A stretch of 64,000 nucleotides of DNA, taken from assembly GCA_038087875.1 (NCBI GenBank), contig CM075987.1:28336001-28400000 (forward strand), given 5' to 3'. The position numbers were made by a program, and so were the translations under genes. The notes under the pieces were generated by a model. The model had not been told where the DNA came from and did not search any database. It was given only the letters and a program-made list of their open reading frames with translations. This stretch comes from Malacoraja senta (Eukaryota). Positions 53,824 to 64,000 of this stretch are shown here, in pieces. Position 1 is the first letter of the stretch, and each line of letters begins with the position of its first letter.

Positions 53824-54309
53824 TCTCACCAGCTAGAGAGCAGTCCTGACCTTCCATCTACCTCATTGGAGACCTTTGAACTATCTCTAATAAGACTTTA
53901 CCTGACCTCAATGTTATATCTTGCACTATATATTGTACCTTTACCCTTTATCTGTGGACTGTGGACAGCTTGATTGTAATCATGTATAGTCTTTCTTTGA
54001 CTAGATAGCACTCAAACAAAAGCATTTCACTGTACCTCAGTACACATAACAATAATAAACTAAACTAAACTAAAATGCAATAGGGCGGATCAATCAATGA
54101 TGCTATATTGTCATGTGTGCACTGCACAGTGAAATTCTTTTTGCATAGATCGCACATGCACGAGCAAGGTACACGGCTGGTCCTAATCTGACCACCGACA
54201 CCATCCACCCAAATGTAAATGTAACCAGATGCAAGTTATTGTGTCTTGTACCCGGTCAGAAACATGATGAGCAATATATGTGAGGTTCTGCATCTTTACA
54301 ATCAGAATC

Positions 54310-54527
54310 TGTTCCGCAGTAGTTCAACTGCTCCAAGGCACACACATACTCTGTATAATTACTGCTCTGCAGTTGTACAACTGCTCCAAGGCACACATAC
54401 TCACTCTGTATAATTACTGCTCTGCAGTAGTGCAACTGCTCCAAGGCACACATACTCACTCTGTATAATTACTGCTCTGCAGTAGTGCAACTGCTCCAAG
54501 GCACACATACTCACTCTGTATAATTAG
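54310..54527. repeat. ~55-bp tandem repeat, about 4 copies
   Basis: Unit CAACTGCTCCAAGGCACACATACTCACTCTGTATAATTACTGCTCTGCAGTAGTG. Confidence 0.88.
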
Positions 54528-55664
54528 CACGGAGAGGCATTAATACTGGAGCAGTTCACCTTCTAATTCAGGCTCCAAATATGATGTTGTCACACATCTC
54601 AGAGCAGCTGCAGGTTAGACATAGGCTAACGTCCCTTCCACTGTCCCAGTGGGGTCCACTGTCAAAGTGGGGATGCCACAGGCAACCAGAAGCTGCTGCC
54701 TCTCCACGTTCCCCATTTAATGCCCTGATATCAACACCCTACGCCCGGAGCTGGAGTCCACTAGTGGAGTTTCCCTGTACACGTCAGCACCCTGCTTACA
54801 GCAACTGTTAATTACAGTAACATACCTCTCAAGAGCAACGTGTCTTTGTATTTACGGTCTACACTATTTAGAATTGGCTTTTGCCGAGTTCTGCATCTTC
54901 ATCCTCAGTATCCACTGGGCACTTGTATACTCATCTTTGGTGCCACAGAGCTGAGTGGCAGTATGAGCTGTCAGGAGCAGGCACTGTACACCATGGGAAG
55001 GGGCCCTTCAGCCCATCACACACATGCCAAACCCTTTGCCCATCTGCACTCATCGCATTTGGCTGCATTATTGGGTCCAGGTCATTTTATGTTTTGACTT
55101 AAAAACAAAGTACTGGAGGACACAAAATGCTGGAGTAACTCAGCAGGACGCAGCATCTTTGGAGAGAAGGAATGGGTGACGTTTCAGGTCGAGACACTTC
55201 TTCAGGCTCTGAATTTAAATCAGCATCTGCAGTTCTTTCCTACACAAAGTACTGGAGGAACTCAGTGGGTCAGGTAGCATCTGTGGAAGGAAATGGACAG
55301 ACGATGTTTCAGATCAAGACCCTTCTTCGGTCTCGTGTATCATTTTATCTTGCCTACTTGTGTCTGTGGGAATCCCTCAAATATAGGCATTGTAGTGATT
55401 CCACCACCACCTCTGGCAGCTCATTCTAGATATCAACCATTCTGTGTAAAAAATATCTTAAACCCCCATTTAAACTTCTTCCACTCACCCTAAATCTATA
55501 CCCTCTTATATTGATACCCCGACCATGGGCAAAATATTCTAATTACCTTATCTGTGTCTTTTAAATTTAAATATCTCTTATCAGGTCAGCCTCCTTTGCT
55601 CAGGGAAGCCCAGCCTATCTAATATCTTCCCATAACTAAAGTCCTCCAATCCAGGTACAATCCT

Positions 55665-56122
55665 CTCTACTCCCTCCAGCTCCACTAGTAGACTCTACTA
55701 TCCCCAGCTCCACTAGTACTCTACTATCTCTACTAGTAGACTCTACTATCCCCAGCTCCACTAGTAGACTCTACTATCCCCAGCTCCACTAGTAGACTCT
55801 ACTATCCCTAGCTGCACTAGTAGACTCCACTATCTCCAGCTCCACTAGTACTCTACTATCTCTACTAGTAGACTCTACTATCCCCAGCTCCACTAGTACT
55901 CTACTATCTCTACTAGAAGACTCTACTATCCCCAGCTCCACTAGTAGACACTACTATCCCCAGCTCCACTAGTAGACTCTACTATCCCCAGCTGCACTAG
56001 TAGACTCCACTATCTCCAGCTCCACTAGTACTCTACTATCTCTACTAGTAGACTCTACTATCCCCAGCTCCACTAGTAGACTCAACTATCCCCAGCTCCA
56101 CTTGTAGACTCTACTATCCCCA
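55665..56122. repeat. 28-bp minisatellite (CTCCACTAGTAGACTCTACTATCCCCAG)n inside a degenerate CR1 remnant
   Basis: Visible tandem array with internal dyad TAGTAGA-C-TCTACTA. Confidence 0.9.
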
Positions 56123-59100
56123 GGGCCGTCACACCCTCCCTGCAGTGTGCTGATTGGAACTCTGTGCAGGTGATCCACTACAGCTTTTGTACAGCTGCAA
56201 CATAGAGTTGGACTCTATGCTTCATGGAACTACAGCGAGGCTAAAAGATTGGCAGAAGTAGCAGAACGTGGAAAATATCAGGCAGAACAAACATAAAAGC
56301 AGTGTTTCTGAATTAAATGTTGCTGGTTTTCAGAGGGATCTGGTTGTCCTTGTACACATATCACAGGGCGGGTCATTAATGGAAATAACATCTCAGCCTT
56401 TTTGTTTAAGAATTTCTGTTCAAGAAAGATACATCTTACAGCTTAATGGGTTTATGACATATTGTGTGCTCAGCCACTGAGAAGATCGATACATTTTTGG
56501 ATTCAGTGTGGGAGATTAAAGCTCAGCCATTACTGACTAGTGGAGCTAGCAGAGGGGCTGAATGGCCTCCTCCTGCTACAAGTTCTTGCCTTCTTATACT
56601 TTTCTGCAGCTCCCATTTATAGCTCATGTTTAATCAAAGTTATGGCAGCGATTATTGAACGCACTGCATGGCTTTCCCTCTCGACTCTTCCTGGATGACC
56701 AGCCCTTTCCCCATTCACTGCCCGTCACATGGATGCGGGGGTTTAACAATCGTTGTCTGCCCCTGGATTCCACAGCAAACTCCAAAATATCTGTGTAATC
56801 AGATGGAAGGAATGCATTATCTACGCTAGCTTAATCCTAAAGCACAGGCTACTGACAGCGAGCTTCATTAGGAGTGAGTTCGGTGCTATGAACTAATGCT
56901 GTAATTGCTGATAAACACACGGGGTCACCGAGTTGAAACGTGTTGTAAAACTAGACACCTGCCACCTCACCGTTCCTTCACCCTGTAGCACGCTAGATGG
57001 AGCAGGGAGGCCATTCAGCCCCTCGCGCTAGAAGCTCGGCTCAGTACTTCCCGCTGAGGAAATATCGCCCAGTTTCTCCACAGATGCTGCCTGACCCACT
57101 GAGTTGTTCCAGCACTTTGTCTCAATCATTGCCAGCAAAAGCTAAGGCTGTAAAATATACGTTACCACCATCAAAATAAAACCACAACCCTCCCTATCAA
57201 CACACAATAAAATCATCATTAAATATGTTATGTTGGGTCTGGCTATGGTGGTGCCATTTACACTTGTATGCCCCTGATACAATTTGATTATTCTTACCCC
57301 AATCCATTTCTTGCATTGCTCCCCCTTTTTTCCTCTTTAGGTTCCTAGTTCATCTTAAAGCCTTTTCTACCTCCCTCGTTATCCAATTCACTCGAGCGCT
57401 CTCCCAGACACTTCATCCCTTTCCATTACTGACAACAGTGCTCCTCAAATGAACACCCAGCTCCCACACACAATGGCCTTCATTTCCCTGATACCAATAA
57501 TCCTGAGCAAATTGCTCCCGTCCCAGGTATTCATCCAGAGATTCTGCTTTTTAATTTAATCCCCAAATGCTCAAGCTTTTACAGCAGAACCTTGTTCCAA
57601 GTCCCACCCATATCCTTGTGTGGTCAAGGACAACGGGAATGTCCCTGATCTTTCTCAAGTCCAGTGGAGATATCCATCAAATGATGCTGTAGCTAACTGA
57701 TCCTGTGGTTCTCCAGCTCCTGATTGCAGATGGCAGCATTCTCTGCCATTCACTATACCGCCCATAGAGACACACCACAAGCATGATGGGCCAAATGGCC
57801 CCCTTTAATGCTGTGATCATTCCATGACTTGCTTCCCCTACTTGAATAGATTCCATACACTAATGCCACAGCCAGCTTGCTCACCTTCCCCATCGGCCTC
57901 ACATTAGTACACCAGCTTTGAAGAAACTCATCTCTTCACTGCAGAGAGTGCAGCTGCTGCAAGACCAACTAACTCCTGGATTCCTGTACCTGCCTCACTC
58001 ATACTCACTTGCTCCCAGCCTGACCATGTGTCAATTCTAAAGTATTTACTCTAAAGCGTGTGATTCAGCACAGGTCATTTTCTCCCTCCCTGCTCATCAA
58101 TACAGAGACAACGTTCCTCAAATGTTTACCTTGAACTGCAATCTATTGCATCACCAACACAAGTCCTGTCCTCCCACTAGTTGCGGAATAGTCTCAGTGT
58201 TGGAGAGGGACTTGGTGGGAAGGCAAAGATCCAATTGTTAATATGTAATGGTATAAACAGCAAGTAAGAGGTTCTACTGAAGGAATGTGAACAGTTAGGG
58301 TCCAAATTAAAACTCTACTGGTAATAATCTCCGGATTAATATCCAAGCAAAACTGGTGGAGCAGCAGCCAGGGGTAGAGCAGTCAGAAGATATTTTGTCT
58401 CAGGTACACAAAAATGCTGGAGAAACTCAGCGGGTGCAGCAGCATCTATGGAGCGAAGGAAATAGGTAACGTTTCGGGCCGAAACCCTTCTTCAGATATT
58501 TTGTCTCACTTTGGGCAGAGATAAGAATCACTAAGTGGAACAAGTCACTGATAGACATGATCTAGTGACCTTTGACAGTTGTGGCTACTTCATAGGACGC
58601 AGTATAACTAAAACTAGACTTGCAAGAATAATCACTAACAATTTCTCGTTTCATATTGATCAGAGAAATCAAACTGGCAAATGGGGCCTTGAGGACAATT
58701 TGTGGAATGTATTTAGGACAGCTTATTAAGACAATATATTGTTGAACCTACCAGGGATCAGGCTACTCAACCTCTGGTCATCGGTGAGCATATAGGATTA
58801 ATTATTGATCTCATTGATGTCCCAGAGAGTATGAATACAACATGATAGAATTTTATACCAATAGAGACATAGAGTGCTGGAGTAAGTCAACGGGTCAGGC
58901 AGATTGAGAAAACATAGGACTGAAATTAATGGCTTCAACCATGTTACGATGGCAGAATTGACTAACATGGATTGGGACATTGATTATATGGTAAATGGGG
59001 AGCTAAACAGTGAAAGGCATCAGAGATGTTTTAACTCCTAACAAGGAATATTCCATTAAGTAAACTCAACAAAAAAAATGATGCCTCCATTGCTAATGCT

Positions 59101-60507
59101 AAGGATAATATCAAATTGAATTTCTGGTGAAGGCCAGAAGACTGGGAGTGTTTAAAAAACGCAGCAGAAGATGACTAAACAAAAATGGGAGGGGGTAGAG
59201 AGCATATTAATAGTGTTACGGCCTGGTTCAGCAACTTGTTCGCCAAGGAGCGAAGATGACTGCAAAAAGTGGTGAACATTGCCCAGTCGATGATGGGTAC
59301 TGACCTTCCCACCTTCAAATGGATTTACAGAAGTCGTTGCCTCAAAATAGCAGCTAGCATCATCAGAGACCCACACCACCCTGGCTACACGCTCATTTCA
59401 CTCATTAGGTCAAAAGTGATAGGAGCAGAATTAGGCCATGGGTCTACTCTGCCATTCAATCATGGCTGATCTATCTCTCCCGCCTAACCCCATTTTCCTG
59501 CCTTCTCCCCATAACCTCTGACACCTATACTAATCAAGAATCTATCTCTGCATTGAAAATATCCATTGAAGGCCTGCACAGCCTTCTGTGGCAAAGAATC
59601 CCAGTTTCACCACCCTCTGACTAAAGAAATTCCTCCTCATCTCCTTCCTAAAGGAACATCCTATGATTCTGAGGCTGTGACCTCTGGTCCTAGACTCTCC
59701 CACTAGTGGCAGTTTTTCGTGCCGTTTTTGTTGTTTCCATTGTCGTTATTATTTGTTCTGTTGGAGCTCCGCTCGGGCAGTGTGCCTGAAATTTAGTTGT
59801 ATAGCTATAATGACAATAAAGTGTTTTATTATTATTAGTGGAAACATTAGGGTTAGGGTTAGGGAAATCGGCACACTTGTGAACCTAATCCTCAGAAGTT
59901 GGTTTCAATTCTTGATGTTATGAAACAGAGGACGGCCATTCATCTGGGTGTGTGAACCATCAATTAGTTTCTGCCTGGATTATAACAAATGCACTTACAC
60001 AGGGGTTGAACAAATTTAGTTTTAATATTTCAAGTGAGCAAACTTCAGGGGAGAAAGTTCATCTTTCCCTTGTGCTTCCCCAATTCTACAGTTATCCAGT
60101 CTTGCCACCACAAGAGGTTTCTATTTACCCTCCTAAGCCTGAATCATCTGAAACACTTTGATTTTATCATCCATTAAATCTTTCACACACAAGGAGCATT
60201 GTTAAACTCCAACTTGTTGGGTAGGTGAATGAGTACGGCACACACTCCAAGCTACATGGCGAGCTGTGTTGGGGGAGGAAATGAAGATGCATGAGGATCA
60301 GAAATTCATAGCTGATGACAAAGTGAACCTCTCCCACCATGAAGGGTCAATGATAGTTTAACACGGATCACAGCAGACATGATCAGTTGAACGGGCAGCA
60401 CAACTCCAACAAAGCTCCGGACAAATGATTTATTACATCACGGGCCTCGGGCCCAGCGAGGGTAGCCCAGCTGTGCTGGCCAGAGGTGGAGTGTTCCCTT
60501 GCCCATC

Positions 60508-60600
60508 TCAGTAGCCCTCGTCTGCCCAGGTCACCGTGTAGTCTGGGTACTTGGCCCTCAGGATTTCTGTCGTTATTTCATGCTTAGCCCGGCCAAAGCC
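60508..60600 (-). CDS. PHPT1: 14 kDa phosphohistidine phosphatase, last coding exon (earlier exons not found; presumably right of the window)
   Basis: [41 protein letters not shown] matches the PHPT1/Janus C-terminus (KYPDY.VTW..EGY); AATAAA on minus at 60429-60434. Too short to appear in the ORF track. Confidence 0.9.
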   Translation of the reverse strand, partial: GFGRAKHEITTEILRAKYPDYTVTWADEGY

Positions 60601-62139
60601 CTGTGGGGAAATAAACAAATGCAGTCACTAGGATAAAGGCAGCAAGTGGCCAAGTGCCCATATCCCATAGCACAGGCTGCAAGCAAGCAAAGAGACGCCA
60701 GATGCTTTATGATGTGGGGCAAGAAGAGAACATCCGATTATAAGCCGAGACAGACCACAGAAGGATATATGGAAAGGTTCAGAGGGATATGGACCAAACA
60801 CAGGCAGGTGGGGCACCTTGGTCGGCATGGGCCAGTAGGGCCGAAGAGCCTGATTCCATGCTGCATGACTCTGAGAATACTGATATGTGAAGGGATGTGG
60901 CTGTTCACTAAAGACAGAACACTAGCATGCAGGAACAACTGGTGGAGAGCATGGCAGGTGAACGCATAGCCTTTAATACACGGGATAGGGTTTAGAGACA
61001 GGGAAACCTTGCCAAAGGACATTGGTGAAAGTGTAGCTGGAGTAGTAGGGGAGGCTTTGGTCTCTGCAATTAAGGAGGTATGTATTTGCAAGAAAGCAGT
61101 TTAAAGATTCACCAGGTTGATTCCTGGGATATGAGTGTTTGGGGTAAAGGTTGAACAGGGTCTGCCAAAGTGCAGTGGAAAATGAAGGACGATCTTCTGA
61201 CCTTATTGAGGACTTGACAGGAGAGATGCTAAACATCTGCCCCAGTGGGGAATCAACAATGGACGTGGTGTCAAAGTAAGTCGTCTCAAGGAGGAATCTC
61301 TTCTTTCAGAAAGTCACGGATCTTTGCCGTTCTCTTCGTCAGGGAGCGCTGGAGAGGCAGTCCTTGTAAACAGATGATTGGTTATGGGTAAAAAGGGCAG
61401 ATAAATGCAGCTGAAGCACAATAACACATGACCTAGATTGGCCCAGCAGGCTTAGTGTCTTTAGCAACTTCTGATCCCATTTCTCCCGTTCAATTACTTG
61501 ATGCTACCAGAATAGGGCTTTATTTCCTGATGCAAGTTGCAATGAAGTGAGAGCACACCTACTATTGCCAGTCTCAGAGGGTTTGTGCAGTTAGCAGGAT
61601 AGATGGAGAGGTCATTGCAAGGTTCATGCTCGGCCTAGTGAATGAGCTGAATGCAACCACGCAGGAAGCTGTCCAATATTCACTGTGCCAATGTTTTCTA
61701 CAGCTGCAACATGATATCCCAACTCTTACACTTAATACTACTGCCTGTGGGGCAAGCAAGCTAAACACCTTCCTTACTATCCTATCCACCTGTGTCGCCA
61801 CTTGCACCCCAATACTGACCAATTTACCAAGCAGTTGAAACAGAAACAGATGTGAAAACAGAATCAGGGGTGCTGACAGGTTAGACACAAAGTGCTGGAG
61901 TAACTCAGCGGGACTGGCAACGTTTCTGGAGAACAGATAGGTGACGTTTCAGGTTGGGACTCTTTTTCGGATTGAATGTAGTGGGCAGATTGCAGGTGCT
62001 GACAGGTTAACCTTGCAAGGAAGAGACACCAGAATAAGTCTGTGATAGGAGCAGGATTAGGCCATTTAGCCCATTGAGTCTACTCTGCCATTCAATCGTG
62101 ACTGCTCTCAACCCCATTCTACTGCCTTCTTCCCATAAC

Positions 62140-63985
62140 CTTTGGAGTTCCGCAGGGGTCGGTGCTGGGGCCGCTGCTCTTCATGTTGTGTATTAATGAT
62201 ATGGAAGAGGGGATTGAAGGCTTTGTGGCAAAGTTTGCGGATGATACAAAAATAGGTGGAGGGGAAGGTAGTGTAGAGAAAGCAGGGACTCTGCAGTAGG
62301 ACTTAGCAGGTTGACAGTGGGCAGAGAAAGTGGCAGATGGAATATTGTGTAGCAACATGTGGAGGCATGCATTTTGGTAGTAGGAATAAAGGCGTAGACT
62401 ATTTTCTAAATGGGGAGAGAATCCAGAAATCGGAGGTGCAAAGGGACTTGAGTGCTGGTGCAGGATTTCCAAAAAGTTAATCTGCAAGTCGAATCAGCAA
62501 ACTCAATGATAGCATTTATTTCAAGAGGGCTTGTATACAAAAACAGGGATGTAATGTTGAGGCTCTATAAGGCACTGGTAAGGCCGCATTTAGAATATTG
62601 TGAGCAATTTTCAAGTCAAGTCAATTTTATTTGTCACATACACATACAAGATGTGCAGTGAAATGAAAGTGGCAATGCCTGCGGATTGTGCAAAAACTAC
62701 AGAACAGAATCAGTATTTACATGTTAGAATAAAAAATAAAAAAAAGACACAACACAACAGTAAATTAGTACAGTAAATTAGTCCCTGGTGAGATAAGAGT
62801 TTACAGTCCTGATGGCCTGTGGGAAGAAACTCCGTCTCATCCTCTGTTTTCACAGCATAACAGCGGAGGCGTTTGCCTGACCGTATCAGCTGGAACAGTC
62901 TGTTGCTGGGGTGGTAGAGGTCCCCCATAATGTTGCTGGCTCTGGATCTGCACCTCCTGGTGTATAGGTCCTGCAGGGGGGCGAGTGTAGTTCCCATAGT
63001 GTGTTCAGCCGAACGCACTACTCTCTGCAGAGCCTTCCTCTCCTGGGCAGAGCTGGTCCCAAACCAGTTTGTGATGTTGCCGGACAAGATGCTTTCTACA
63101 GCCCCAGAGTAGAAGCACTGAAGGATCCTCAGAGAGACTCTGAATTTCCTCAGCTGCCTGAGGTGGTAAAGGCGCTGCCTTGCCTTATTCACCAGTGCGG
63201 CAGTTTGTGTTGTCCATGTCAGATCCTCTGTGATGTGGACTCCCAGGTATTTAAATCAGCTCACCCTGTCCACAGTAGTCCCATTTATCTCCAGTGGCGT
63301 GTACGTCCTCGGATGTTGTGCCCTTCTAAAATCCACAATCCTTAGTTTTTGTGACATTCAAGAGGAGGCTGTTGTCCTGACACCAGAAGGCCAGATCAGC
63401 CACCTCCTCCCGGTAGGCCTTCTCATCGTTATCAGAGATCAGGCCCACCACCAGTGTCATCACAGTTTGGGCACCATATCCGAGGAAAGATGTGCTGGTT
63501 CTGGAGAAGGTCCAGAGGAGGTTTACAAGAATGATATCAGGAATGAGTAGGTTAACCTATGATGAGCATTCGTTGGCACTGGGCATGTACTCGCTGGAGT
63601 TTAGAAGAATGAGGGGGGACCTCATTGAAACATACAGAATAGTGAAAGGCTTGGATAGAGTGGATGCGTAGAGGATGTTTCCACTAGAGGGAGAGTCTAG
63701 GGCTAGAGGTCATAGCCCCAGAATTAAAGGTTCTTTTAGGAAGGAGATGAGGAGAAATTTATTTAGTCAGAGGGTGGTGAATCTGTGGAATTCTTTTCCA
63801 CAGAAGGCTGTGGAGGCCAAGTCAGTGGATATTTTATGGCAGAGATAGATTCTTCATTAGTGCAGGTGTCAGGGGTTATGGGGAGAAGGCAGGAGAATGG
63901 GGTTAGGAGGGAGAGATAGATTAGCCATGATTGAATGGTGGAGTAGACTTGATGGGCCGAATGGCCTAATTCTACTCCTGTTCCT
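62140..63985 (+). mobile_element. Degenerate CR1 LINE 3' half (62140-62610 and 63462-63985) split by a Rex insertion
   Basis: [23 protein letters not shown] and RPHLEYCEQF before the insertion; WAPY.RKDV and the CR1 3' UTR after it. Confidence 0.88.
62611..63461 (-). mobile_element. Rex/Babar-clade LINE 3' fragment
   Basis: ORF 62710-63192 KARQRLYHLRQLRKF...VESILSGNITNWFG...LQRVVRSAE; tail GTGACAAATAAAATTGACTTGACTTGA. Confidence 0.88.
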
Positions 63986-64000
63986 TATAACGCTCCCACT

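Noticed and set aside
57885..58050. Minus-strand donor-like sites (GAAG|GTGAGC, CAA|GTGAGT) as a possible non-coding first exon
   Set aside because: No coding or other independent support; cannot be distinguished from chance.
58150..59200. Apparent coding-like stretch
   Set aside because: Looks like a heavily decayed CR1 ORF1/endonuclease remnant with many stops; boundaries too uncertain to annotate.
59847..59864. (TTAGGG)3
   Set aside because: Too short to call an interstitial telomere; could be a repair scar or chance.

Overview
Eukaryotic vertebrate genomic DNA, GC- and minisatellite-rich, with two 200-N scaffold gaps (18107-18306 and 46734-46933). The repeat content (HE1-type tRNA SINE, CR1 and Rex/Babar LINEs, a Penelope-like short repeat) points to a cartilaginous fish, probably a skate or ray; this is inference. 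Spliced genes were reconstructed by hand from GT-AG exons: EDF1 (minus, exons 1-4), UAP1L1 (minus, last 7 exons, three apparent 1-nt insertions), the 3' exons of a FabG-like short-chain dehydrogenase (plus), complete COQ4 (plus, 7 exons), complete TRUB2 (minus, 8 exons, one apparent 1-nt deletion), an orphan signal-peptide exon that is probably MAMDC4 exon 1 (minus), and the last exon of PHPT1 (minus). The human orthologues lie on 9q34. Most long ORFs in the track are LINE reverse transcriptases or minisatellite artefacts. No prokaryotic-type system is present. The most unusual signals are: (i) three diverged CpG-rich non-coding elements that share hairpins with covarying stems, two of them ending in a Rex-LINE-type tail; (ii) hammerhead-ribozyme cores in the abundant short repeat; (iii) intronic minisatellites built from splice-site motifs and introns that mimic the neighbouring exon; (iv) COQ4 and TRUB2 arranged tail-to-tail. 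All identifications are by eye and from recalled sequences; no search was run.
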